A stretch of 64,000 bases of DNA from Massalongia carnosa (lineage: Eukaryota), in contig OZ287071.1 in the NCBI GenBank assembly GCA_965645245.1, forward strand, positions 2,666,001 through 2,730,000, in the 5' to 3' direction. The notes under the pieces are model-generated. The model did no database searches, was not told the origin of the DNA, and worked only from the letters and a program-made list of their open reading frames with translations. Position 1 is the stretch's first letter; each line of letters begins with the position of its first letter. Shown piece by piece: positions 40,701 to 53,775 of the stretch. A program made the translations under genes and the position numbers.

Positions 40701-41553
40701 AGCTCCATAATCTAACATGAGGTCGAAGAAGCTCACTATTTGCTTTGAAGACTTGGCAAAAAAACTGGACTTCTCGATTTTGGTTACTCGCTTCTCGTAG
40801 ATGGACATGATATCGACATGAATGTTCATGTCATGAAATCGGTTCGCTACATCTTCGAGCATCCAAAAGTCTTTGATTAGATCAGACATTTGCTGCTTGC
40901 TAAAGACTACACCATTCGAGCAACATTTGAGAAGGAGGAATATTCTATCCCGAAACTCTTCTTGATTTGACTGATTATGCGGTGTTCCTAGAAACATGAT
41001 TCCAGAAATCAGATTTAGGACATGAGCATATCTGTGGTGCTTTTGATTCGCCAAAGAGAGAGCCTACACCAATTGTCAGATGTAGAAGAAGCACCTTTAT
41101 CGCGGGCATACCTGTTTGACAATGGTGCCTCCCAAGCTGTGGCAGATGAACAGAATTGGGCGTTGAGACTGCGTGCAATTAGTAATACCTTGGCAGAACA
41201 ACTCTATGGCACCAATGAAAAGCCACCTTTGTCTCGGCGTAAAGAGTGTATACTGCATTTAAAAGATCCTCCCCAACTGTCAACAAGCCTCGCCAAGAAA
41301 AGTCTTCGTCGACTTTCAAATCATGATCAAAGGCAATAATTCTGGATTGTGCGTTGCATCCTGACAAGCCGTCCAAAAAGCTTGGAGACAAAATAGCCCA
41401 CTCTTCAACGGCTGCGCATCCAGGCCTCGGCCCCGGCACCAAGATGAGGCTCACAAGCCGGTCAGTAGGTAACCGATGTGATGCTATCTGGAGAAGTCCT
41501 TACTCGAGATCTTGTAGCTTTGTTCGGCGAAAGGCGGAGCTCGCGCAGAGCAT
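37772..41553 (-). pseudogene. Fungal NLR: SesB-like alpha/beta hydrolase - NB-ARC - TPR; multi-exon, with in-frame TAG codon(s)
   Basis: Spliced N-terminus RPILFICHSLGGTIVKQAL..GIMFLGTPH..LNH. P-loop AICGMGGLGKTEIA, Walker B WLLVFDNADD, VLVTSR, GGLPLAISQMAG, winged-helix LWIHRVLQD, then TPRs (LGIAYNQMGTAL, LANLGLAYWLQ, TGRLLHALGNVR). TAG at 39444-39446 interrupts a continuous frame, and a second probable TAG lies at 40329-40331. Start codon uncertain. Confidence 0.85.
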
Positions 41554-42409
41554 CCGGCAGTTTTTCTCTATCAGCGTACATAATACTAGCAGCGCCCGAA
41601 ACCTGTAGTTATGGAGGAGTTTCGAGGAATGACATTGATGTAGTACCCGACTCTTTAGGCTCAAGTTTTGCGACGTGGAAATTCGAGCAATATAAGGTCA
41701 ATTACCGACTTAATGGCGATTAAACTCAGTGTGTTGCTATTAATTCTAGTTGGTGGAGAAGAGATATATTGCTCATCTTCGCATTAGTTGCTTCTAATCT
41801 TCATGCCAAACGCCTTATCCATCAAACAAGGCAATCTAACCATATGATTGCATCATCTGTAGCACCTACCTGGCTTCCCACTGGGACGAAACCACGTCAG
41901 TACTGATATGCACGTGCAGCAAAGCAATGGTCGAAGGAAGTCCGAGGTCTGCATCTTCTCGTGCAGGTAAGTTATTTTTTTATTTTATTAACTCATTAAG
42001 CGTATGCATCCTAAGGATATGACGCTGTGACTGCTATTTATGGCAGGTGACTTGTAGACGTGAGGCTCAAATACTTCGCTTCAGCCCCCACTACCTCCCT
42101 CCTCTTCAATACACCGTTGCTTCAATTCAGTCCTCACTCATCAACCTGTTCATCGGCAAGACGAAGCCATTTAGCTCAATAAACGTCAATTCAATAGCCT
42201 CACAACAAAGGTCATGAATCGGGACTGCCGCATCATCCCCAGATCGCTGAATAACAAAGGTGTATAACCTTCTGCACATCAGCAAAGCGAAGCCTTTGAA
42301 TTCAACAAATCATAAGTCAAAACTCACAAGGTAAACTCCAAAACCTGGGCTGCGGCATCCTCACAAGTCGGCTGAAAACCACAGTAGCATACCCTCCTCC
42401 TTCCTCACG

Positions 42410-42652
42410 ATGCCTGAAGCCAATGCCGTCAAAGCTCAACCTTGGAAAGTGGGCTGGCCTCCTGGGCCCCCAAACAGTGAAGAAGCTACGCAGAAGTCCG
42501 GTACGCAACACGGATTCAAGAAGAATGAAATGGTGGTTATGGATGGCAATATCGCGCCTAATGATGGCAATGCCACGCCTAAGGATGGCAATGTCGCGCC
42601 TAATGATGGCAATGCCACACCTAATAACTCTGATCCCCCCAAGCTGAAATGA
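42410..42652 (+). CDS. Possible 80-aa peptide with four DGNxxP(N/K) heptad repeats
   Basis: ATG-to-TGA ORF containing a 21-bp tandem x4 (about 42542-42625) encoding DGNIAPN-DGNATPK-DGNVAPN-DGNATPN. Coding status is unproven. Confidence 0.35.
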   Translation: MPEANAVKAQPWKVGWPPGPPNSEEATQKSGTQHGFKKNEMVVMDGNIAPNDGNATPKDGNVAPNDGNATPNNSDPPKLK

Positions 42653-42943
42653 CCGAAATTGTCGACCAGTGTTGACGGTGTGGCTAAGCGAGGATGAATG
42701 TCAGTCGTTCATCGAGGGCACGCTTCCTGGGAGTTTGTTGTTTTCGATATCAGCTAAAGGGCGTTTTTACACATAAACTTATGTTACGAGAGCCATTCAA
42801 TTTATCACCACACATGAAGTGCACGTCTAAATTCACTCATAACTGTCCCCAAAGTATTCAAATCATATCCGATGAATGTTCGAGCAAACCTCCTTTCTAA
42901 CAAGCCGAGGCTCCATGAAATGTGCCTAGCCGCCTACCGTCCT

Positions 42944-44069
42944 TCAGCGAGTCCCATAAATATTACTCAATTCAGGAGGTAAACAATCAGTGTTGATGTA
43001 AAACAAATACGCTCTGCACTCGATACTTTCACGCGGGGGTTCAGAAGGGTCGGCCATGGGGTTGAAGAACCCGGTATGTGGACAGACTGAATCCGTCGAA
43101 ATATTAGCAAGACTCATCGAATGAGGGTTCCCAGAGAGCGAGTGCATACCTGCATTCCTTAAGTTCTCGGACGTCGCGCTTTTGAAAATCAAGACTTCGG
43201 ATGGAAGTTGCCGCGGGAGGTGAAACCATTTCTGGGATGGGTTGTGGTGGATTTGCAAGTTCTCGGTATTACAATCGCGATAAACGATGTCACCGGACAT
43301 CGTGTCTGCTGCAAGATCGACGCTGGAGGCATCACACAGGGCAAGCGGCCAGTCTTGTAATGGTCCGCGGAGAGGTCTCCATGCGCTAAAGCTTGTCAGC
43401 GGCAGAAAAAGACGTTGAGGTTTAGGAGGCCTCCATTACTTGACAATCTGCCAGGGGCTTTGCAACAGCTTGTCTGCCTCATGCCCGTACACGTTCCGGA
43501 GCATGAGCTGCGCTTCTTGTCTGGTGAAGTCTGACCAAATCTTTAGAAGCATGCCAGAGTCGTGTTGACTTTCACTTAGCTATGTACTCACCAACATGAG
43601 CCATGGCGGTAGGCTGGGGATGTTGGTAGTCCTCGCCGGTAGAAAGGGGAAACGTATGATGACGGCGACGCACCTAAAACCGTCAACAAGCACGTCATCT
43701 AAATATGGCACTATCTTCACGAACAACATGGTCTAAGATATAGACGTGGGAAGCGCCAAGGTCCTTCAGTGCTTGCTTGAGTTCTTCCAGATACACGGTG
43801 TGAATCTTGGACTGATCCTTGAAATCTTCATAAGACATCTGTGACTCCAATGACATTAAGCGAAAACCACATTCATTAAAGTCAAGATCCTCCAAGCGTG
43901 GGCGCATGTTATGAATCGATATTGTATGGCACTTGTGCAGAATATTCGATTGATCTATGGAAATGTGAGGCGGATAACGCATACTGTACGGCTTTTCATG
44001 ATTGTACCGCGGATTTCTTGCTAGGAAGTATAAATCTGCCTCCAATCCATCATGAGGGTTAGAATTCAT
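42944..44069 (-). CDS. asaB/CmcJ/GA4-desaturase-like Fe(II)-dependent hydroxylase/desaturase, 5 exons
   Basis: Spliced product has LYFLAR..EKPY, ECGF, LGASHVYILDHVVRRR, QPTAMAHVDFT (HxD), WQIVNAWRPLRGPLQDWPLALCD, CPHTGF and RESIECRA. Four GT..AG introns preserve the frame. Confidence 0.88.
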
Positions 44070-44639
44070 GTTTATTTTCATATAGGAGGATGGCAACAGG
44101 GGATTCAACCTGCCTTGACCTCGGTAGTAGGTAGCCTCGAGAGGGCCAGCGTGAAGAGGATATGAAAGGGTTGAAGTAAAGCCACCAATCAATGTCGACG
44201 CCAGCACACATGATTACGAAGAAGTTCATGACTCTTCGAAAGCCTACTACTGCCAATGAGCGGCTAGCTCTTAAACCCGTAAATTAGTGAATGACACCTG
44301 TGCAGTATTAGACACAGTTTGCCGTCAGCCCTTAAGTGACCAATTATCGGTAACAAACATTGCGAACAGCATGCAGAGCGGTCATCAAAGAATTTGACGA
44401 TAACTTTTGTTATCATACACGGAATATCAACAAACAAAGAAATTGTAACGTTGTCTTACCTATTTATTGCTGAAGAGATTGAAGCATCGAAATCAACTTT
44501 GCACTTTTCGAGTCTTTCAAAGAAAGATAACAGACTAACAGCAATATTGTTACGTAAATACTCATAGTTCAAATGATTTCAAAAACCTGTCACGGTTCGA
44601 TTACAATAATCTAACTATCTGACTTTTTAAACACCTGAT

Positions 44640-47600
44640 TATTCTGATTGTCAAGTATAAATCATTTTAATCTTCAAAGAATCATTGCGATTCTGTAAAA
44701 CATGAATGAAAAATGAAAGGGAGATGAATTCATTCAATCAGCAATGCGCGCTCCTAAGTGAGCACTACGAAAAGAAGGAAAACTTGCGTGAGATGATTAA
44801 GGATTATCTTGATCGAGTGGGCATCGTTGGTGACCCGGTGGCACTACAGTTGCTGAAAAACTCAGCGGAGCTTTTGCAAGCACAAAAGCAAATTGACGAC
44901 GAAGTCGCAAAGACGCCCAACATCTTAAACGACACTTCTACTATCTATACAACAAACACTGACACGCATTGAACGCAACGAGACGACTCCTCGAAACTAC
45001 GCCGCTGCCGCTACGGGTCGAAGTCGCGATGGACCCGCGCCCTCAGCGAAACAAAACACCAAGCCTCAACAGACCCCTAAGGACAAAACACTCACACCGA
45101 AGGAAGTGAGACGCGCTCAGGAAATCACCGTTCACATAACGGAGAATGCAGATAAGGAAAAAATAAAGCTGATGCCAACCAACGAGCTGGTGGAAACATT
45201 GCAAAATGGAACGAAAGGAGTACGAGGAGTGTCGCGTTTATTAAACGGCGACATAAGGATTCATGTGGAATCATTGGAGGCAAAGAAAATCCTGCAGGAA
45301 AATACGGACTGGAGCCGGATGATGGCCGCTTCCGCGGCGGTTCACCCTCGTACCTTTACCATAAGGGCGAATGGGATCAAGGTGGAAAATATCAAAGTGG
45401 CCAATCAATAACGGCTATTGCGTACCTTCGGGCCGCTAACCCACACCTGCATCCTGACCTCAAAATCATCAAAGTAGCTTGGTCAGTCAAGGCCATCAGG
45501 GAGAAAAAAGCATACTCAACGCTACACATGAGGTCGCTACCGCCGAAATGGCCAACCGGCTCATCACCGAGAGCCTGATGGAGGACTACGAAATAAAGGA
45601 CTGTGAGCGTTTCACACGTGGTTGCACCATGACCCAATGCTTTAATTGTCAAAAATACGGTCATATAGGTAGAACATGTTGCAATCCCGCCGCTTGCGGT
45701 CACTGCGCTGGTGGATACTAAAGCAAACAATGTAATTTGGAGACAACTGGGCGCAGATGTGCCTTATGCGGAGAGAAGGGACAAGAAGCGTAGTCTACAG
45801 CATGCAAAGTCTGAAAAGCTGAAAAGCGAAAAACTGAAGTCGCTATGCAAAATCGTGTTCCTCTTTACACAATCGAGTCATAACTGCCGTGATTTTAATT
45901 GAAGTAAGCATCGACACTCGCAAACACATAAACGGACGAAATTCCGTCAACGTGGAAGACTGTCAATGGCAAGAAAAGAAAAATGCATAACGCGGCACTT
46001 CTACCAGGTCTGTCACCGGGCTCGCCTCGAGGAGAGCAACATCAACCTGGGCTAACATAGGCATAATGAATCCTGAAAATATGGTTAACCCCGCACAGAA
46101 TCCGTATCAGAGACGGAGATACCTCAGTCATCCCGGCCACAGTGGTCGAAACCATGGACATTCTATGAGGGACACAAAATCCCTCTCGATATTGTAGTAT
46201 AATGTTAGGAATGACAGAGTAAGTACCATGATACCCCTCGTAGCAGACACAAATACCTAGGATTATGATATCATCGCAGTACAGGAACCGTGGCGCAATC
46301 CTTCCGCCCAAACATCGCTCAGCTCACATCAAAGTGGCTTTCATATTCTTTATCGTCCAGGTGGCGACACTAGAGTGTGTTTTTATATCAACGATTCTAT
46401 AGACACGGAAAGCTGGGAGGTGGAATTCCCCTCGGCCGACATGTGCACGCTAAAGTTAGAAACATGCACAGAAGGAGTAGCGGAGGTGATTTATATACAT
46501 AACGTATACAATCCCTCCCCTGCATCCTATTCGTCTACTGACAGTACTTCCACCTTATCGACCGCTCGGAGCATGCTAACTGCAGGCGTACATCAAATTT
46601 TGCTTGGTGACTTCAACCTGCATCATCCCTTTTGGAACGGTCCTTCAAGACCAACACAACACGCTGCAGCTGATCAATTGTTAGAAATCATTGATGACTT
46701 CAATCTCTCGCTAACATTGCCGAAAGGCACCGTACATGGGAAGCAAGAAACAATTTTAGCACGATCGACTTAGTGCATGTCCAGACCAGAATTAAATCAA
46801 TCGTCCGATCACGTACCGATATCAACCCGCATCCTACTCGGTGGCGAGACGCAACCAAAAATAAAACGCAGGGCATGGAAACTATTCAATTTGGAAAAAT
46901 TAAGGGAAGCAGAGCGCCACGAACCTTCACCGGCGTCTCCCCATACACCTGCCGAGATTGATGCGTGCACAGAATCAACTTAGAAATTCCTACAAAACGT
47001 CATAAATATAGCCGTTCCATGGGCGAAACCTAGCGAATATGCTAAGCCTTTCTGGACTGAAGAATGCAATATTGCCACCAAAGCCACACGAAAACTACGC
47101 CGCACATGGTCTGACACACGAGACCTAGCGGATTGGTCCAGCTACATGAAATCCAATGACAAGAAACAGAAAATTATCTAAAAAGCAAAGAGGACAAATT
47201 TTCGTCAGGAGATCAGTAAGGCTGCCGAAACGTCTCAGGGTCTGTGGAGGCTAGCGAAATGGGCCAAAGACAAGAGTCACTCAGCTAGGGAAGTACACGG
47301 AATGCCGAAATTAAAGTTCAATGATCAAATAGCAGACACGTTCGACGATAAAGCTGAAATGCTGAAAAGCATCTTCTTTCCCGCACCACCACCGGCCGAT
47401 TTAAGCGATATAGAAGGATCCTTCTATCCAACATCGTCGCACTGTCCAATGATCATTACCAAGTCAGAAGTGTCAAAAGCCCTACATCGGCTCAAGCTCG
47501 ATAAGGCACCGGGCCTAGACGGCATATCTAACAGAATACTCAAAGCATGCGCAGAAAAACTCGTTGAACTATTAACACCTCTGTTTCAGGCGTGCGTCAC

Positions 47601-49452
47601 ACATTCGTACCACCCGCGGGCCTTTAAAATGGCAAACAAAATATCGGTAAGAAAAATAGACAAAGGATATTACACCACGCCGAAGGCTTACCGACCAATT
47701 GCATTACTCAACACGCTCAGCCAAGTAATGGAATCTATCATAGGATCAAAAATAACCTATTTAGCGGAAACACCCCGGCTCCTACCAGACATACAGATGG
47801 GAGTGAGAAAGGGCAGATCTACAGAATCGGCACTGGAGCTGTTAACTAACAAGTTCACACGATTTGAGGGCAAGTAAAGACAAAGTAGCCACACTTTTAA
47901 GCATGGATGTCGCCGGCGCATTTGATACTGTATCACATCAACGACTAACGCACAACCTACGCAAAAGAAAAATCCCAAACCGGATTACTGATTGGTTAAG
48001 CATCTTTTTAAATAATCGCAGCACTACTCTGGCCAAAAATCGGAAAGCAACCGGACGGTTCGCGGTAAGAACTGGCATACCACAGTGCTCCCCTCTCTCA
48101 TCCATTCTTTCTCTATTCTATAACGCAGACCTACTGGAAATATTGAACGACCAGGCACAAACACAAGTGTCATAGGATTTGTAGATGACGCCAATATTCT
48201 GGCATACGGAAAAAGCACCGAGGAGATTTGCAAGACTCTGGAGTCAATACACAGACAATGTGAAAAGTGGGCTTCTCGGCACGGATCCCTATTCGCTCCG
48301 ACTAAGTACGAACTCATTCACCTGTCCAGAAATCCCAAAAGATTCAATATGGCTGCATCCATCAACATTGCCAGTACCGAAATCGAACCAAAAACGGACA
48401 TCAGAGTCTTAGGCTTGCAAATTGACACCAAACTAAAATGGGACTGCATGTTCGCAAAACGCAAAATACAATGGTCAAACACTCCATAGCATTGACAAAG
48501 ATCTCCACAGCGACCTGGGGTGCCACCTTCGCCAAAACAAGGCAAGTTTACAGCGCCGTAGTTCGTCCGGTCATGACATACGGGTCAACCGTATGGCACA
48601 TGCCCAAAGAAGTCAAAAAGTCAAAAACGTCAACGAGAAAGCTTTCCGTCATGCAAAACAACTGTCTCCGCACCATAGCCGGCGCCTTCAAAGCCACTCC
48701 CATTCCAGTTCTTGAAGCAGAGACATATATAGCACCCATAGATGTACATCTCGACACGCTTCAGGCACAGGCCAGACACTGTCTCAGAGTTGGAGGTCAA
48801 TCGAAAGTCATTTCTTCCGCATGCAGCAGAATAGTTAACAAACTCCAAGGAAAGGTAGGCCGTAAACGCCTTCAAAAACCCACCCCAGGCGAGCTGAAGC
48901 ACACCTGGGCCAAAAACCTACTGATTGACGCAAAAATCGTTCAAACACCCAAACCACACCCACCATGGTCCGTTCCCTCCTCAGAAAATATCCTCGAAGT
49001 CCGCGTAGCAGCGTCGGCTCGTCAAAAACAATTGCGGACAATTAAAACACGACAGCTGAAAGTATGGAATGACTCGTGGCGCGCATATAAAAATCTTGTC
49101 ATCGAACCCTCTATAGCCCAATCAGTTCCACTGAGCAAAAAACGACTGAAAATACACACGCTGCTAAAAAAGGCAGAAAGCGCTCTGAAAACATAGATCC
49201 GTACTGGTAAGATCGGTTTAGCTGACTTCCTCTACGAGCGACGGGTCCCCGCTGTCACCTCACCGGCCTGCCCATGTGGCTGGCACAGACAAACTCCAGA
49301 ACACGTAATTATTTTCTGTAGACTCATTGACAACGGAAAACAGATGTTTCGCGCCGCTGGCACGAACAACTATCAACAACTGACCGAAACATCAAAAACT
49401 CTGAAGATATTAACTGCTTGGCTATTGAAAACAGGTCTACTGACCCAATTCA
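44640..49452 (+). mobile_element. Second Tad1-clade LINE, heavily decayed
   Basis: Fragments homologous to the LINE at 4.7-11.2 kb: IKDYLDRVG..DPVALQ, QCFNCQKYGH, LLGDFNLHHPFWNG, YRPIALLNTL, FVDD, CPCGW..HVIIFC. Many stops and frameshifts. The 3' end is cut near 49452 and the 5' boundary is approximate. Confidence 0.92.
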
Positions 49453-49600
49453 CTGGTATCTACATCATCAGTCGTGGTGTGCACCAGACATTGTTCACAC
49501 CACAATTCATGGTCTATGCCATCAGCCGTGGTGTATACTAGACGTTGCTCACACAACGAATCGTGGTCTACACTATCAGCCTTGGTGTACACCAACCGAT
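49453..49600. repeat. About 54-bp tandem repeat (about 2.5 copies)
   Basis: Unit tggtcta..catcagccgtggtgtacac..gacgttgctcacac. On the minus strand it encodes 18-aa repeats (LVYTxADxxDHxxxCEQR). Confidence 0.7.
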
Positions 49601-50779
49601 GTTCGATCACGAGATCACTATACATGTTATCAGAGAATGAGAGCCGTTCAGACGTTGATTGATTAGTCAATTTCGTCTTAAACATCGACAATCTTTATTT
49701 ATCTCCGTCCGTTTCTGTAACTACCGCACCGAGGATAAAAGGCGATTAATCGATATTGCCCATCGGAGCCAAATTTTGGATTCCGCTGGGCATGGTAGAC
49801 TTCGAAGCAGGCGATGAAAAGCCTTAGGGTTAGGTTACATTTCGAATCGCGAGGGTTTCCGCAAACCCTCGATGACTATCTATATTAGTCTTTGATTTGG
49901 CTCTCGCTCTCAGTCTTCGCTCATTGATCTCATCATCCGTCTTCTGTATTCCTGCATCAACGACATCCCGGATAGCGAGGAACGGTTTGCGGACAGTGGT
50001 ATGGCGCTTTAGGCCTCCAACGACGCGCTCTCGTCGGCCTCTTCGATCTACATAGCTAGACTTATTTTTAAAGCCTTTAATTTAACATCATGTCCTCCAA
50101 TGAAATGATACATTGAAGGTTCATGACCCCTTCTTTGCTCGAATGATATTCGAGAGAAAAGACGTCGAGAGAGCCGATTCTCTTTGAACCGAGTCTTGAG
50201 ACTCTTGTCCAACTTTACATCAAGTAAAGACCTGCATGATTCTTTCTTCATTAATTCCAGTACACTACATATTGAATATTTTATATGCTCGCAATGGGAA
50301 CATTATTCAAGGTTTCTCCTCACTCTTCCCGTTCTTCGTTATTTTAGCCTACATGCCATTCATATTAATTTTCTTCTTCTCTGGCGCTGCAGGGCTACCA
50401 TGATTAATTTCCTCATCGGCTCTTCCTAATACCTAAAATACTTCCCGTTGATATAGTGCTGAAATCTGCCTTACTCCTTTTCACTGCACAGAAGAGCATT
50501 GCTCTTAGAGCTCCGTCAACTATATGATCCTAACTCTCTCTCCTGTTTTCGAGTGACGCGCTCATGCATTAATTCCATAGGGGCTTATATAAATGACCTC
50601 CGATTGGCTCATGATGCGATGTCTCAATTCAAGAATTTTGGAAAACAAGGGGCTGAGATGCCGTGTTGCCAGATACGTAGGTATAAGAAGCTCGACTTTC
50701 CTCAGGCTTCGGCTTTCTCTTTATTTTCCTTTCTCATATTTCGAACCAGGTTTCTGTCACACACATTCAGTTCCCCATC

Positions 50780-51566
50780 ATGGCTACAGCTAGTCTTCCT
50801 TTCACATTTGATAAATTTGACCCCTTCGAATTCGTTCAATGGCCAACTCCAAGCCTGATGGAGGAGCTCGTTGACTTTGGCGAACTACTCTCCCTCAGAG
50901 AAAGTTCCACACAGCCCGGCATCCTTGATGAAGCTGCTCAGCCTTTATCCCTTAGTACTATACAGCCTTCTCTGACAAAGAATGCCACACAGCCTGGCAC
51001 CTCTGAAGAAGCTGCTCAGCTTTTTCCGCCTTCAAAGATTCCGTGAGGTTAAGCGTTCCGAATGAAGCCACCCAGCCCTTTATCGCCCAGGGTTCAGCCT
51101 GTTCACTTGTCAGTGAGCAAACATTCATTCAGATATCGCAGCCATCCGATATCGATATCAATGATGCCATGTAGCTATCTGTGCTAGGAATCGCTAAAGG
51201 ATCGTCAGGTAAAAAAGACGAAATGCTCTACATTTCTAATTCTGACAGATATTAGGCAACCCAATCGATATCGATATTTTGGAAAATTTGCTTTGTTCGA
51301 GTAAAAAGCGACCATCTTCGGATCAGTCAGAATCACGTTATCCTAAGCAATCGCGAGTTAAGACGAGTCATCCTGGTTTTGTCAGTGTCGAAGAAATTGA
51401 TCTTAATTCTCAGGAGGAGAAGGCTCTCGGCTTTATGACGGATATGTTAAAATATCTGATTAAAACATCGGGTTTGACTCTACAAGAGCTTGGGGATGTA
51501 TTAAGAGAGGTGATTGAGATGTATGAAGGTTTATCCGACGATAAACCTTACGAAGACTTAGAATAA
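50780..51566 (+). pseudogene. Unidentified gene remnant
   Basis: Two protein-like ORFs (50780-51046 and 51279-51566) with an internal TQPG..EAAQ duplication. No recognisable domain. Confidence 0.25.
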
Positions 51567-53775
51567 TCATTTGAATCGAAAACGTGTCAAAGCAGATATT
51601 GAAAAATTCGTGTACGCTCAGGTTTGGCTCTACTAGCTTCACTTTTACTCGGAGGCGAGATGATATCTCACGAGGATACTTGTGAGTATGCAAGGGGTTC
51701 CTGGTTCTAGGGGCTCCTGGTGCGAGTCTATCGGTGGACTTCAACATGAGTCTCCCCCATCCCAGCAGGGGATGGAGGGTACATCATAGCCCGCCTTCGC
51801 GGCCAGCCCCTCCTCGGCCCTTGTCGACCTGCCCCCTCTCCGCCGTAGGTAGCTGATTTCATATGTGGGTGGGACGGTGGGATGGTGGACTACGGGGGGT
51901 TGGGAGGATTGAGGGAATTGGGAGGTCGGGGTCCAGTGGGACGATGGGGGGAAGAAGACGCTGGAGGAGGAGCGGTTGCCCGATCTCAGCGACATCAGCT
52001 ATCACTTGCACCATCGGAACTCTCGAAAAATGAAGCCATAAAACTAGGGATAATGCGGGCATGAAAGGAGACAAAGATTGGCTATAAAACGTAAGAGTAT
52101 ACGGAGTATGAAACGGTGTTATATGACATTTAGTGATGTAGAGAAGACGAGTAGATTCGGGACAGACCCCATCTGGCAGACCCCTCGTAAAGTTCTACTG
52201 CTTATTATCCTCACACTAAATTAATAGTCCATCTACTAATGCAACGTCCCCCGCAAGCTTCATACACAGTATACCTACCTAGTTGATTATAACCCAGTCA
52301 CTTGCAACATTACTTGTTGCTGTAGCCAATTCAAACATCACACGTAGCTAGCCTCTGATTATTTGATGAGGGGTAATCATCCCATATACAGAACGTTTAT
52401 CATCTTTTCGATTATATTCTTTCTCTCAGTCATGGCCTCCGCCTTGTTTTCCCTAGATCAGAAAATTGAAAAGGCCAAGGCCCTTCTCCCTCCAGCCCAT
52501 TGTCTCCCTCCTCGAGAGGGAGAAGGTTTCGCTAGCTGGGAGGAGGGAAAGGCTCGTCTTCAGGACTATGCTTTTACCCAGGGCTTCGCGATAGTCATAG
52601 AATCTTTTCAGAAAACACGGGTGTCATGTTATTAGAATGCACACGTCACCATCGAAAAGAGAGAAACACCAGAAAAGTGGCTGAGACAGACAGACCGTCA
52701 ACGAAAGATTACGAAAGTTTCGTTCAATAACTACAAATATAGAGTCCGCCTGAGAAAAAAAAAAGATGAGATCTGGAGCTTAGCACTCACCAACCCCGTA
52801 CGCAATCATTCCATGGCCAATGATCCTTTCAGTTTCAAAGAACATCATAATAGGGACCCCGACCGAGCAGAAACCCTAGATCATGCGAAAGGTCTTCGCG
52901 ATTCATGTACTAAATATACCCAAGCCTCAAGAACTTTGCGTGTTCGGGGACTTCGTCTTTCGAAGAATGATTATTATAACCTAGTTCGATCTGAAGGGAG
53001 TCATACACCCGCAGAGGAAATGGATTATACACTTGGATGCTTGAAAGAACGAGGGTTTCACGTGCGCTGTTTGGAGAAATATATCATTGAAAACAACATA
53101 CGGCAGCGACGTGTTGTGGAGTTAATTTTCTTCTGCAATAAAGAGCAAATCAGATTACCAGACGTTTTGTCAGTGGGTTTTGATCGAACGGATGCAACGT
53201 TCAATACTAACAAATTGAACTTGCCTCTGTCCGTTGTAGTTGGAGTCACTAATACAGGACTTACCTTCCCCGTGGCCTACTGTTATATAACTTCCGAATC
53301 GGCGGAGTGCTTCACTTTTCTACTTGATTGTATGAAGAACTTGATCTTTGATGACGAATGCCATGGTCCTAGAGTCAAACTTGGAGACTTTGCAGCTGGG
53401 TTATCGGCGGCGATGCAGAGAAAAAGACTTTGGACAGTAGATGCTGACGCTGCATTGGGCATGGCATGGCAAGTCTCTCAATCGATGATCGCGGGCGGTT
53501 ATGACTGCGCTTTGCAGCTTTGCACCTGGCATGCAGCCGAAGCCATTAAGAAACGACTCATCAAGGCGGGGACCTATCCAGTAGAGATTCGGAACGAATT
53601 GATGGCGTTGATCTGGGCGTGGATAAAGTGAACAATTGAATGAAAGAAGGAGGACGTCGTTACAAATTGCACGATTCAGAAAAGGTATGTTGATGTGTAG
53701 AAGTTTGATGTTTAACCCTGAGGTTAAACCTGATTGAGTTAGAGTTAAGATTAATTTTCTCGAGGACTACGACTA

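Noticed and set aside
41400..41700. N-terminal amyloid signalling motif on the NLR
   Set aside because: The N-terminus carries a hydrolase domain, and no HET-s, sigma or PP-like G/N/Q-rich motif is visible.
49823..49836. Telomere-like TTAGGGTTAGG
   Set aside because: Fewer than two full units; compatible with chance.
51741..52074. Overlapping Pro/Gly-rich short ORFs
   Set aside because: Low-complexity G-rich sequence with no supporting gene structure.
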